From NCBI GenBank assembly GCA_041664445.1, contig JBAYKT010000001.1, positions 29,890 through 93,889 on the forward strand: a stretch of DNA of 64,000 bases, in the 5' to 3' direction. How positions within the stretch are numbered: the stretch's first letter is position 1; every line of letters begins with the position of its first letter. The notes beneath the pieces are model-generated. The model did not search any database, was not told the origin of the DNA, and was given only the letters and a program-made list of their open reading frames with translations. Position numbers and translations under genes: made by a program. Positions 19,318 to 28,961 of this stretch are shown piece by piece. Source of the stretch: Patescibacteria group bacterium. Lineage in GTDB: Bacteria; Patescibacteriota; Patescibacteriia; Patescibacteriales; UBA12465.

Positions 19318-20886
19318 ATGAGAATCAAAAAAATATTTCTCAGCCTGTCATTATTAATATCATTCTTTATTCCGGTTGCTTTCGCTCAAGCGGGTCAATG
19401 TACAATTAGAAATGAGCGCACACCAGCAATAGCGGGGCAATCAGCCTGTGAGGCGGGAGAAGAAAAATCGGATAACAATTTATGCCCAGGAATAAATACC
19501 AGTATCAGGTGGCAAGGCAGTGATAGATTCCAAGACATTTGCTGCTGCGTAAAAGAAAGCAGCGAAACCACAATCAGCGCTACCCCCAAATTTGAAATTC
19601 CTGAATTACAAATAAATCTTCCCGGATTAAATCTTACGCAACCGGAATGTACTCAAGGCGGCAATGGCGAATACACTTGTAAAGTAAATTGGCTGGGTGA
19701 ATATTTGAATTGGATTTATAATTATGCGCTTAAAATAGCCGGCATTCTGGCGGCCGTCATGCTAATGGCCGGGGGGTTACTCTGGCTTATTTCCGGTGGC
19801 GATGCCGGTAAAGTCGGGCAAGCGAAAGAAATAATTATCGGCAGTATTACCGGATTAATAATTCTTATGAGTTCTTATGTTCTGCTAGTTCAAGTAAATC
19901 CTAATTTGGTAAAATTTCCGGCGATTACTTTAGGAGCTCTGAGCAACCAAGAAGTTACAGAAATAATAAAGTCTAAAGATTCTGGCGGCGCCAATACTTA
20001 TATGGGTGCTGGCTGTGCTACGGATGAAGAACTAAAAACTGGAGCCACTTTCTATGCCACCGGCTATTGTCGACCAACTTGGTCAAATACTGATAAATTT
20101 TTCTGTACTATCGCTATGAATTGTACATGTCCATCAGGAACAGATACATCTAAAAATTGTGATGACATTTATAAAACTTTAGCCAGCCAAGGAAAGCACT
20201 ATTCTCCCTGTAAACCTTTTCCGAAAGATACGGAATATTGCAATCACACCAAGAGCGGTTCGGCTCCCTATGACGGTTCTATCGCCGGTCCAGTAGATGA
20301 TTGCTCAAATTTAAAACTCGGAGACCAAGTTTGTTTCAATAATAAAACTTACACCATTACCGATAGCGGCGGTTTGATTAAAGGCAAACGTATTGATATT
20401 TGGACCGGGGATTGCGGCGGCGTAGCTGCGGTGACTGGCACAGGAATTCTAACAAAAGGCGAATGTGGCTCCAATCCTGCAGCAATTTTTCCATCAACTC
20501 TAGTTACTGCCGGCTGGTCTTTCGATCCTGAAATAATTAACCAGGTTGGCGATGCTAGCGCTGAGTTAGGCCAATTATTAAACTGTATGCGCACGCAATT
20601 ACCTAATGGAATCGGGGTCATATCCTCAATTAGCGATAGTAATTATATCGGCAAGCTATATGAGTGCAATGTAAGCAATTGTTCAAGACCGCCCTGCGTT
20701 CATTCATGCGGTTCCTGCCATTACGGCGGCGGTCTATTAACCAATAAATCTTACGCAGTTGATTTTGGCGACGAAACAAATGCCGCCGCTTTAAGCGCCG
20801 CAGCTAAAGCCTGCGATTCCGGCGCCTATGTTTTAAACGAGGGCAACCATCTGCATGTTAGTATTTCCGCTTGTCCGCGCCAATAA
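19318..20886 (+). CDS. Exported multidomain protein: Cys-rich N-domain + T4SS-pilin-like hairpin + 3D (MltA/RlpA-like) domain + LAS/M15-like metallopeptidase-like C-terminus
   Basis: Signal peptide LSLLISFFIPVAFAQA. The hairpin ALKIAGILAAVMLMAGGLLWLISGGDAGKVGQAKEIIIGSITGLIILMSSYVLL is paralogous to that of 17456..18430. NHTKSGSAPYDGSIAGPVD...KTYTITDSGGLIKGKRIDIWTG matches the 3D-domain pattern. The C-terminus has SCHYGGG...YAVDFGDE...EGNHLHVSI (an H...D...HxH arrangement). Confidence 0.8.
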   Translation: MRIKKIFLSLSLLISFFIPVAFAQAGQCTIRNERTPAIAGQSACEAGEEKSDNNLCPGINTSIRWQGSDRFQDICCCVKESSETTISATPKFEIPELQINLPGLNLTQPECTQGGNGEYTCKVNWLGEYLNWIYNYALKIAGILAAVMLMAGGLLWLISGGDAGKVGQAKEIIIGSITGLIILMSSYVLLVQVNPNLVKFPAITLGALSNQEVTEIIKSKDSGGANTYMGAGCATDEELKTGATFYATGYCRPTWSNTDKFFCTIAMNCTCPSGTDTSKNCDDIYKTLASQGKHYSPCKPFPKDTEYCNHTKSGSAPYDGSIAGPVDDCSNLKLGDQVCFNNKTYTITDSGGLIKGKRIDIWTGDCGGVAAVTGTGILTKGECGSNPAAIFPSTLVTAGWSFDPEIINQVGDASAELGQLLNCMRTQLPNGIGVISSISDSNYIGKLYECNVSNCSRPPCVHSCGSCHYGGGLLTNKSYAVDFGDETNAAALSAAAKACDSGAYVLNEGNHLHVSISACPRQ

Positions 20887-20900
20887 AATTTTGCTTAACA

Positions 20901-20935
20901 AAAAGAGGCTTGATTATTCAAGCCTCTTTTTTATT
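20901..20935. terminator. Bidirectional intrinsic terminator between the por operon and rnhA
   Basis: Perfect 13-bp stem aaaagaggcttga / tcaagcctctttt (20901-20913 / 20918-20930) with loop ttat. It is flanked by an A-run and a T-run. Confidence 0.85.
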
Positions 20936-20948
20936 TATCTTCAATATT

Positions 20949-21359
20949 TTAAACCCCCTTATCCATCGCGTCATTAGCTAGTTTATCCGCGGCTTTATTT
21001 TGCTCACGCGGAATATGGGTATAAGTTATTTTTTTGAAATTAAAACTTAAATTATGAATCTCTAAAAATAAGGGTGCCAGGTCTTTATTTTTTACTTTGT
21101 ATTCCCGCTTCAACTGTTTAACGACCAATTCGCTGTCCAAATAACACTCCAGCTCGCTCACCCCTAGGCTGGTAGCTTTTTTCAAAGCAGCGATTAAAGC
21201 TTTATATTCAGCCTGGTTATTCGTGGCTACGCCCAGATATTCCGAAATCTCGGCTAATACTTGTTTTTGGCTGTCGTATAATACCGCTCCAATTCCCGCC
21301 GGTCCCGGATTGCCCCGCGCGCCACCATCCGTGAAAATTATTATTTTTTCTAAGCTCAT
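20949..21359 (-). CDS. rnhA: Ribonuclease HI family protein
   Basis: 136 aa with IFTDGGARGNPGPAGIG, NNQAEYKALI and the EQNKAADKLAN acidic catalytic pattern. Confidence 0.88.
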   Translation of the reverse strand: MSLEKIIIFTDGGARGNPGPAGIGAVLYDSQKQVLAEISEYLGVATNNQAEYKALIAALKKATSLGVSELECYLDSELVVKQLKREYKVKNKDLAPLFLEIHNLSFNFKKITYTHIPREQNKAADKLANDAMDKGV

Positions 21360-21374
21360 ATCTATTTAACTAAT

Positions 21375-23162
21375 TTATTTTGTTGATAAACGCAAATCAA
21401 TAATCTTAAGCTGCGCGTCGCGACGACCATTAAATTCGTTGACCTCCAAATAATAAACAATATCTACGCGGTCGCCGATTTTGAATTGTTTATACTGTTC
21501 CGCCGCCCCAAAAGCCAAAGCCCAAAAGCCGGATAGTCTCAATTTAATATGTTGATTATCAAACCCCATTACCGAAATATCTTCAACCAGCATATTATAA
21601 CTTACTAAACGCGGTTGCTGATTGTTCTGGCCAAAGGGCTCCAGTTTACTAATTTCATCAGCCAAATTCAAACTAATTTCCTCCGGTTTTAAAACGGCTT
21701 CAATTTCCAATTTAGGCACCAAACTTTTGCCGGCCAATTCTTTAGAAACCAGCGCTCCTAATTTTTCTTTAAAAATTCTAAGTTTGTCCTCTGATTTCAC
21801 GGAAAAACCGCAAGCCATGGGATGTCCACCATATTTATCAAGCTCTTCCGAACAAGCTTCAATCGCTTTAATCAGATTTAATTCCGGAATAGAGCGCCCC
21901 GAACCCTTAAAAGAAACTTTCTTAGGAACCAGCTTCTTTTTTTCAATATCAAATTCGGCTTCTTCAATCAAACGAGTAACAATTAAAGTCGGACGATAAT
22001 ATTTTTCGGCAATACGGCCGGCAACTAGACCAATAACGCCCTCATTCCAAATTTCATCTTCACCGGCAATGCCAATAATAATATCAGGGATATTATTAAT
22101 ATCAATTTGTTTTTCGACTTGTTCGCTTATTTCTTTAGTTATTTGCTGGCGACTTAAATTACGCTGATTAAGCTCTTCAGCTAAGGCTTCAGCTTCACCG
22201 ACTTCCTCGCAAGTTAACAAGGCAAAAGCGGTATTGGCATGACTTAAACGACTGGCGGCATTAAGACGCGGGCCGATTTGCCAACCAACATTCCATGCCT
22301 CTAATTTTTTACCAACATTAATTTTGGCAGATTTAACTAAAGCGTTTAAACCTAAACGTTTATTTTGATTAAGAATTTCCAAGCCCTTTTTTACTAATAA
22401 ACGGTTTTCACTTAAAAGCCCGACCATATCGGCAATTGTCCCAACGGCAACTAAATCTAAACTTTTTTCTAAAATTAATTTTTTTTGCGCTTCCGGCAAA
22501 TTGGATTTTATCAGCAGGGCGCTAATCAATTTAAAAGCCACGCCGACACCTGCTAAAAACGGACAAGGATAAGCATTGCGGCTATCGGCCGGATTAATTA
22601 ACAGACAATCCGGCAAATCATTAAGCTCCGGTAAAACATGATGATCGGTAATTATAATATCTAGACCTTTACTCTTGGCATAAGCGACTTCTTCCTTATT
22701 GCGGACACCATTATCAACCGTGACTACCAATTTAAAGCCATTAGCCAGTATCTGGTTAATCGCCATTTTATTAAGACCGTAGCCCTCGCTTACTCTATCG
22801 GGCAAATAAACTTCCACTTTGGCGTGTAAAATTTTTAAAGTTTCCAGAAGGACAACCGAAGAAGTCACGCCATCAGCATCATAATCGCCATAAACAACAA
22901 TGCCATTCCCCTGCTTGATATGGCTGATTATCAAATCAACCGCCGCGACCATATCTTTAAAAATAAAGGGGTCATAGAAGCTTAAATCATTACCAAAACT
23001 AACAGTATTTTGGCTAGCAAGCTCTCCACTTAAAAAAGTTTTAATCGCCGACTCTTCCTTTAAGCCGCGATTAAAAAGCAGCTGTAAAAAAATACGGCTG
23101 ATATTGGGATATTTAGCAGTTGTTTCCTGATCAATACCGGGCAAGACACTCCATTCTTTCAT
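21375..23162 (-). CDS. recJ: Single-stranded-DNA-specific exonuclease RecJ
   Basis: DHH family motifs VVYGDYDADGVTS, TVDNG, IITDHH and a DHHA1-type GGHPMACG; 595 aa. Confidence 0.92.
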   Translation of the reverse strand: MKEWSVLPGIDQETTAKYPNISRIFLQLLFNRGLKEESAIKTFLSGELASQNTVSFGNDLSFYDPFIFKDMVAAVDLIISHIKQGNGIVVYGDYDADGVTSSVVLLETLKILHAKVEVYLPDRVSEGYGLNKMAINQILANGFKLVVTVDNGVRNKEEVAYAKSKGLDIIITDHHVLPELNDLPDCLLINPADSRNAYPCPFLAGVGVAFKLISALLIKSNLPEAQKKLILEKSLDLVAVGTIADMVGLLSENRLLVKKGLEILNQNKRLGLNALVKSAKINVGKKLEAWNVGWQIGPRLNAASRLSHANTAFALLTCEEVGEAEALAEELNQRNLSRQQITKEISEQVEKQIDINNIPDIIIGIAGEDEIWNEGVIGLVAGRIAEKYYRPTLIVTRLIEEAEFDIEKKKLVPKKVSFKGSGRSIPELNLIKAIEACSEELDKYGGHPMACGFSVKSEDKLRIFKEKLGALVSKELAGKSLVPKLEIEAVLKPEEISLNLADEISKLEPFGQNNQQPRLVSYNMLVEDISVMGFDNQHIKLRLSGFWALAFGAAEQYKQFKIGDRVDIVYYLEVNEFNGRRDAQLKIIDLRLSTK

Positions 23163-23177
23163 AATTTTAGCTTATTA

Positions 23178-23285
23178 TTAAAACCCGCCCACTCCGCCCA
23201 TCATCAAAGGGAAAACAATCATCGAAATTGTCACCAAAATAGAAATTGCCAACCAAATGGCACGAATAATTTTTTTTCTTTTCAT
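23178..23285 (-). CDS. Possible 35-aa hydrophobic micro-protein
   Basis: Below the track threshold. Hand translation gives MKRKKIIRAIWLAISILVTISMIVFPLMMGGVGGF. It exactly fills the gap between the lepA stop (23287) and the recJ start (23162). Confidence 0.4.
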   Translation of the reverse strand: MKRKKIIRAIWLAISILVTISMIVFPLMMGGVGGF

Positions 23286-23286
23286 A

Positions 23287-25107
23287 TTATCTTTTTAAAA
23301 TTTTAACAAAAGTATCAGGCGGAATCTCGACGCTTCCCTTGCCGGCAGCCATCATTTTCTTTTTCCCCTTTTTCTGTTTTTCTAATAATTTACGCTTGCG
23401 GGAAACGTCGCCGCCATACAATTTAGCAGTCACATCTTTACGCATCGCTGATAGTTTTTCCGCGGCAATAACTTTAGCGCCAATTGCTGCTTGAATTTTT
23501 ACGGCAAACATCTGACGCGGCAGACTATCTTTTAAAATATCCACCACTTCCCGGCCTTCACGGTAAGCATCATCACGATAAACAATTGTAGCCAAAGCTT
23601 CAATAATATCTTCAGCCACTAAAATATCCATTTTAACCACATCAGCTGGACGATAATCTAAATATTCATAATTAATGGAGGCATAACCGGCGGAAACACT
23701 TTTTACCTTATCATAAAAATCAGTTAGAATCGCCGACAAGGGAATTTCATAATGCAAAATAACACGACTGTCTTCGCCTTCGGCCGAGATATATTCAGTA
23801 TTTTTATAGATTCCCCGCTTCTCTTGCGCCAGCTTAATAATATTTCCCATGTAACCCTTAGGGCTAACTATGTCTAAGGCTACCCAGGGTTCTTCAATTA
23901 TTTCCAATTGATTTTGATCGGGTAATTTTTGCGGTGTTCTAATTGTTATCTCCTCGCCATTAGTTTTAACAATTTTATAAGCCACACTCGGGATAGTGAC
24001 AATTAAATCTAAATTATATTCGCGGCGTAAGCGTTCCTGAAAAACTTCCAAATGCAACAGGCCCAAGAAACCGCAACGAAAACCGAAACCTAAAGCATCG
24101 GAACGCTCCGGTTCATATGACAAAGCGGCGTCATTCAACTTTAATTTATCCATCGCCTCGCGTAATTCTTTAAAATCATTGCCTTCGCGCGGAAAAATGC
24201 CGGCAAAAACCATGGGCTTAACTTCTTTATAGCCCGGCAACCTATCCAGACTATCAAAATCGGCATTAGTGCCGGCAATTAAGGTGTCGCCGACGCGACA
24301 ATCAGCTACTTGTTTAAAGCCAGTAACCACATAACCGATTTGTCCCGCTTGCAATTCCCCGGTGGAAACATAACCGGGTTTAAAAATTCCGCAGTCCAAA
24401 ACTTCGCTCTCGGCACGAACAGAGGCTAATTTTATTTTATCGCCTTTTTTAATCTTACCATTAAAAACGCGGATGTAAGCGACTACTCCACGATAAGTAT
24501 CATATTTGGAATCAAAAATAAGCGCCCGCGAATAATTGCCACCCCCGGCAATCACCGGCTCTTTAGGGGCTTCACTACGCTTAATAATTTCATCTAAAAC
24601 CTCGGCCACACCCACGCCAGTTTTACCCGAGGTACAAAAAATATCATCTTCTTGGCAGCCGATTAATTTAACAATTTCTCTTTTGGCCTTAGGGACATCG
24701 GCAGCCGGCAAATCAATTTTATTAACTATTGGAATAATCGTTAAATTTTGTTCCAAAGCTAAATATAAATTAGCCAGCGTCTGCGCTTGGATTCCTTGAG
24801 TGGAATCAACTAACAACAAGGCCGTTTCTACCGCCGCCAAAGAACGGGAAACTTCATACGAAAAATCAACATGGCCCGGGGTATCAATCAAATTAAGATT
24901 ATAACCCTTATACTCCATGTTCACTGGGGTCAACTTAATCGTTATTCCCCGTTCGCGCTCGATATCCATGCCATCAAGCAGCTGTGCTTTCATATTGCGC
25001 TTTTCAACCGTGCCGGTAATTTCTAACATTCTGTCGGCCAGAGTAGATTTACCATGGTCAATATGAGCAATGATGGAAAAATTTCTAATTTTATTAATAT
25101 CTAACAT
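23287..25107 (-). CDS. lepA: Elongation factor 4 (LepA)
   Basis: IRNFSIIAHIDHGKSTL, DTPGHVDF, NKIDL and the LepA-specific C-terminal domain; 606 aa. Confidence 0.95.
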   Translation of the reverse strand: MLDINKIRNFSIIAHIDHGKSTLADRMLEITGTVEKRNMKAQLLDGMDIERERGITIKLTPVNMEYKGYNLNLIDTPGHVDFSYEVSRSLAAVETALLLVDSTQGIQAQTLANLYLALEQNLTIIPIVNKIDLPAADVPKAKREIVKLIGCQEDDIFCTSGKTGVGVAEVLDEIIKRSEAPKEPVIAGGGNYSRALIFDSKYDTYRGVVAYIRVFNGKIKKGDKIKLASVRAESEVLDCGIFKPGYVSTGELQAGQIGYVVTGFKQVADCRVGDTLIAGTNADFDSLDRLPGYKEVKPMVFAGIFPREGNDFKELREAMDKLKLNDAALSYEPERSDALGFGFRCGFLGLLHLEVFQERLRREYNLDLIVTIPSVAYKIVKTNGEEITIRTPQKLPDQNQLEIIEEPWVALDIVSPKGYMGNIIKLAQEKRGIYKNTEYISAEGEDSRVILHYEIPLSAILTDFYDKVKSVSAGYASINYEYLDYRPADVVKMDILVAEDIIEALATIVYRDDAYREGREVVDILKDSLPRQMFAVKIQAAIGAKVIAAEKLSAMRKDVTAKLYGGDVSRKRKLLEKQKKGKKKMMAAGKGSVEIPPDTFVKILKR

Positions 25108-25115
25108 AATTTTTA

Positions 25116-26753
25116 TTAAACACCGCGGGCCTCACCCTGATCTTCAAGCTTAACTTTTTTAAACGGCAAATGTCTTTTCATGGTTGATAGTAACGAAAAG
25201 AATTCTTCACTGTTAAGCAGGTAGCAAAAGAAAGCGTACATCAACAAACCGGAAACGAAAGAGGCTGTTAACTGAATAAAAACACCACTGAATTTATCCA
25301 TGCTGATAAATGGCCAAACGACCACTTTCATTATCTGGGCCGTTAAACCGGCGGCAATGGCCGCGACTACAAATTTAGCGCTCGCGCTTAAAATATTAAC
25401 TAAATCCAAGGCTCCCACTTTAACATAAAGCCAGCCCCAAAGCAAGATTAAATTAAGAATGCTGGCTACGGAAAAAGCAAGGGCTAAACCAGCAACTCCC
25501 ATAATTTTTCCCAAATAAAATGACAGGATAATATTGATAATAATTGATATCAAACCAAAATAAAGTGGGGTGCGCGAATTATGACGCGCGTAAAAAACCC
25601 GAACTACGAGAGGAATCGTCGCCTGAGCAAATAAGCTCAAAGAAAAGAAAGCGAGGGTGTCCATCGTCATAAAAGTAGAGCGCCAATCAAAGTTCCCTGT
25701 TCCTAAAACGACGCGAATAATCTGAGCGCGGAGCGTCACAATTAAAACGGTGGCCGGAATAATAAAAAAGAGAATCTGGCGCATGGTGCTAGAAAAATGC
25801 ACCGTTAATTTATGTTTATTGTGAGCATGTTCGGCCAAGGCCGGAAAAGCGGCAATGGCAAAAGAAATCCCAAAAATTCCGACCGGGAAAGATTGTAAAT
25901 TATTAGCAAAATTGAAAGCAGTTAAAGAACCACTGGGCAAGGTGGAGGCAATAATAGTAATTACCACTAAATTTATCTGGGAAATCGCCAAGCTCATCGT
26001 TCGCGGCACCATCATGCGGCCAATCTTAATCGTATTAATATCCTGCCAAGTTAATTTAAATAAATAGCGGTAACCCAAATGATAAACGGCTGGCAGTTGC
26101 ACGACAAAATGCATAAAAGCACCCAAAACAACGCCCCAGGCTAAACCGTTAATGCCTAGATGCTCAGTGAAATATAAGGCGCCGATAATAATCCCTAAAT
26201 TATAAAAAATGGGGGCAAAAGAATAAACCAGAAAACGTTTAAAGGATTGTAAGATGCCGCCCAAGACGCCAGACAATCCCAAAAATACCGGCGACAAAAA
26301 CATAATTCTAGTGAGCAAGGTAGTTTTTAATTGTTCTTCCGGTCCAAACCCAGGCGTAATTAAACGGGTCAAAAGTGGAGCAAAAATTATTCCTAAGATT
26401 GATAAAAAGGCGAGTCCTAAAATTAAAAAATTTAAAACATTGCTAGCCAGCGCCCAAGCTTCTTTATTAGACTGGCGACGCTCGCCATGATCACCTTGCG
26501 AGTCCTTAATCAAACTAGTAAAAATCGGAATAAAACCCGCCGATAATGCGCCCAAAACAATCAAATTAAAAATTAAATCCGGAATTCTAAAAGCGGCATA
26601 ATAAATATCCAGAGTGGAACCCGCTCCAAAACGGCCAGCTAAAATACGATCGCGCACCACCCCTAAAACACGGGAAATTAAAGACGAAAAAGCCACCAAG
26701 GCAGCCGCAACCGTAATATTATTTATTTGGCGATTAAATATCCTTTTAAACAT
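25116..26753 (-). CDS. murJ: Lipid II flippase MurJ/MviN
   Basis: 545-aa polytopic protein with RVLGVVRDRILAGRFGAG...DIYYAAFRIPD, the conserved MurJ N-terminus. Confidence 0.9.
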   Translation of the reverse strand: MFKRIFNRQINNITVAAALVAFSSLISRVLGVVRDRILAGRFGAGSTLDIYYAAFRIPDLIFNLIVLGALSAGFIPIFTSLIKDSQGDHGERRQSNKEAWALASNVLNFLILGLAFLSILGIIFAPLLTRLITPGFGPEEQLKTTLLTRIMFLSPVFLGLSGVLGGILQSFKRFLVYSFAPIFYNLGIIIGALYFTEHLGINGLAWGVVLGAFMHFVVQLPAVYHLGYRYLFKLTWQDINTIKIGRMMVPRTMSLAISQINLVVITIIASTLPSGSLTAFNFANNLQSFPVGIFGISFAIAAFPALAEHAHNKHKLTVHFSSTMRQILFFIIPATVLIVTLRAQIIRVVLGTGNFDWRSTFMTMDTLAFFSLSLFAQATIPLVVRVFYARHNSRTPLYFGLISIIINIILSFYLGKIMGVAGLALAFSVASILNLILLWGWLYVKVGALDLVNILSASAKFVVAAIAAGLTAQIMKVVVWPFISMDKFSGVFIQLTASFVSGLLMYAFFCYLLNSEEFFSLLSTMKRHLPFKKVKLEDQGEARGV

Positions 26754-26757
26754 ATTA

Positions 26758-28212
26758 TTATCTTAACTGGTTTTTCAGAATAAGCAAATCTTGAAGATTG
26801 GCAATCGCTCTATCATATCCGGGGTTAATTTCTAGCTCTTTTTTAAACTCCGCTTCTGCTTCTGCTAGCTTACCCTGATTTAAATAAATAACCCCGATAT
26901 TGTTATGGGCCATCGGTTCTTCAGGATTTAATTCCAAGGCGCGGCGATAAGCGGCGATGGCTTCGGCAGAACGATTATTAAAATAAAGCATAACCCCTAA
27001 ATTGCGGGCCGGCATTGGCGCCGATGGAGAGCAACTGACGGCGCTTTGCCAAAACACCAAACGATTTTGAAAGTTCGGCAAATGAAAAGCTGAAAGCGTG
27101 AAAAATAAAATTAGCAGCGCCAACCCGCTTCCATAAACTACCGGACGACGATAATTTAATTCTTGGAGAAATCTAATTTGCGCTATTATTATCAACAAGC
27201 CGACAAAGGGCAGATAAAGACGATGTTCTAAAAAATAATAAGAAGTTTTGGGATCGGGGTTTATTAAAGATGGTAATAAAAATAATAAATACCAGAGCAA
27301 ACCAAAGGCCAAATATTTTTTAGAAACTCCTTTTTTTAAAATAGCGACTGAGGTCAGGATTATTACAGCCAACAACCCAAAAACTAAATTAGCATCTTGT
27401 AAAACGGACATAATAGCCAAATCAAAAGGCAGAAAAAATCTTCCCAAGCCAACAATCATGGCAGGTGAATTAGCTAAAATTGAAGAAACCATTATCGACA
27501 AACCGCTGCCGCCATTAATCGCCAGACTGCGAAAAAAAGTCCAAATTAAAATTCCTGCAGTCGCCCCAACTATCCATGACCACTTATCGGCAATATTAAT
27601 TTTTTTCTCAGAAATAAATAGATAATAAAATAAAGCCAATACCGGAAAAACCAAGGCAGTTTCTTTAGTAAACAAGGCAGCTGAAAAAAATAAAAGGCTA
27701 GCAATATAATCGGCTAAACGCGGTTTTTCTAAAAATTTTAAAAAATAAATAAAAGCCGCCATGATAAAAATCGCCAGCAGCGAATCATTGCGTCCCGGTA
27801 TCCAGGCAACGGCCTGAACCAGCGCCGGATGAACTAAAAATATCAGCGCTAACCAAAAAGCTAGAGGTTTAGGTGACTTTAATTTTTTAAGCAGCCCAAA
27901 AAGCAAGCAGGCCGCCAAAATATGCAATAATACATTGGTCACATGAAAAAACCAAGGCAATTGACCGGAAATAATGGTATCAAAAAATAAGGATACACTT
28001 AATAGCGGGCGATAATAGAAATCATTACTAGAGAAAAAAACATCATTAGTAAAAAAATCGCCAATCTGGGAAGCCTGGCTAATTATTGAATAGTTATCCA
28101 AAATGAGCGTATTGTCATCCAAATAAGAAAAATCAAAAAAAGCGCTTGCCAAATAAAGAACCAGCCCCAGCAAAATAATTACTAAATATGGTCGATACCT
28201 ATTACTGAACAT
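26758..28212 (-). CDS. Polytopic membrane protein (GT-C/GT39-like) with C-terminal TPR repeats
   Basis: About 11 hydrophobic helices. The C-terminal ~110 aa have TPR-type repeats (AIAAYRRALELNPEEPMAHNNIGVIY, GKLAEAEAEFKKELEINPGY). Confidence 0.7.
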   Translation of the reverse strand: MFSNRYRPYLVIILLGLVLYLASAFFDFSYLDDNTLILDNYSIISQASQIGDFFTNDVFFSSNDFYYRPLLSVSLFFDTIISGQLPWFFHVTNVLLHILAACLLFGLLKKLKSPKPLAFWLALIFLVHPALVQAVAWIPGRNDSLLAIFIMAAFIYFLKFLEKPRLADYIASLLFFSAALFTKETALVFPVLALFYYLFISEKKINIADKWSWIVGATAGILIWTFFRSLAINGGSGLSIMVSSILANSPAMIVGLGRFFLPFDLAIMSVLQDANLVFGLLAVIILTSVAILKKGVSKKYLAFGLLWYLLFLLPSLINPDPKTSYYFLEHRLYLPFVGLLIIIAQIRFLQELNYRRPVVYGSGLALLILFFTLSAFHLPNFQNRLVFWQSAVSCSPSAPMPARNLGVMLYFNNRSAEAIAAYRRALELNPEEPMAHNNIGVIYLNQGKLAEAEAEFKKELEINPGYDRAIANLQDLLILKNQLR

Positions 28213-28241
28213 AAATTTACATTTCCGTACTCAATAAGCAA

Positions 28242-28955
28242 CTAAAATCTAAAACCAAAAAAATATTTTAAACCCGTCCATAAAGTAGCTAGTCCATATT
28301 TCAAACTTCGCCAAAAATTTATAGAAGAGGCTTCTTTAAAATACCTGACCGGAACCGGAATCTCGCCAATTCGATAATTAGCGCCGGCAATCTTAAATAA
28401 CATCTGGCTGTCGAATACAAAATCATCGGAATTTTTCAGCCAATTAATCTTTAGTAAAACTTCACGCTTATAAGCACGCATGCCGGTGTGCCATTCGGAA
28501 AGATTTAGGCCACTAACGAAATTTTCAAAAATCGTTAACGCGCGATTAGAGATGTATTTGTATAAAGGCATGCCACCAGCCAAAGTTTCCCGTCGACTGC
28601 GGATGCGCGTTCCCAGCATCACATCAAAATAATCATCGGCAATAAATTCCGCAAAATATTTAATCAATTTCGGATCATACTGATAATCAGGATGAATCAT
28701 CACGACAATATCCGCCCCTTTATCCAGCGCCAGTTGGTAACAAGTTTTTTGATTGCCACCATAGCCTTTATTTTCGGCATGTTCAAAAACCGTTAAACCC
28801 AGACGTCGGCCGAGAGCGGCAGTTTCGTCAGAGCTCTTATCATCCACCAAAATAATTTCGTCCACAATTGCCGGGATATCAGCCACTGTTTGTGTTAAGG
28901 TGTGTTCCGCATTATAAGCCGGCATCACCACGATAATTTTTTGGTTATTATACAT
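28242..28955 (-). CDS. Family 2 glycosyltransferase (polyprenol-phosphate sugar synthase-like)
   Basis: VVMPAYNAE...[11 protein letters not shown]...DADYQYD-type pattern (HPDYQYDP); 237 aa. Confidence 0.85.
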   Translation of the reverse strand: MYNNQKIIVVMPAYNAEHTLTQTVADIPAIVDEIILVDDKSSDETAALGRRLGLTVFEHAENKGYGGNQKTCYQLALDKGADIVVMIHPDYQYDPKLIKYFAEFIADDYFDVMLGTRIRSRRETLAGGMPLYKYISNRALTIFENFVSGLNLSEWHTGMRAYKREVLLKINWLKNSDDFVFDSQMLFKIAGANYRIGEIPVPVRYFKEASSINFWRSLKYGLATLWTGLKYFFGFRF

Positions 28956-28961
28956 ATAAGA

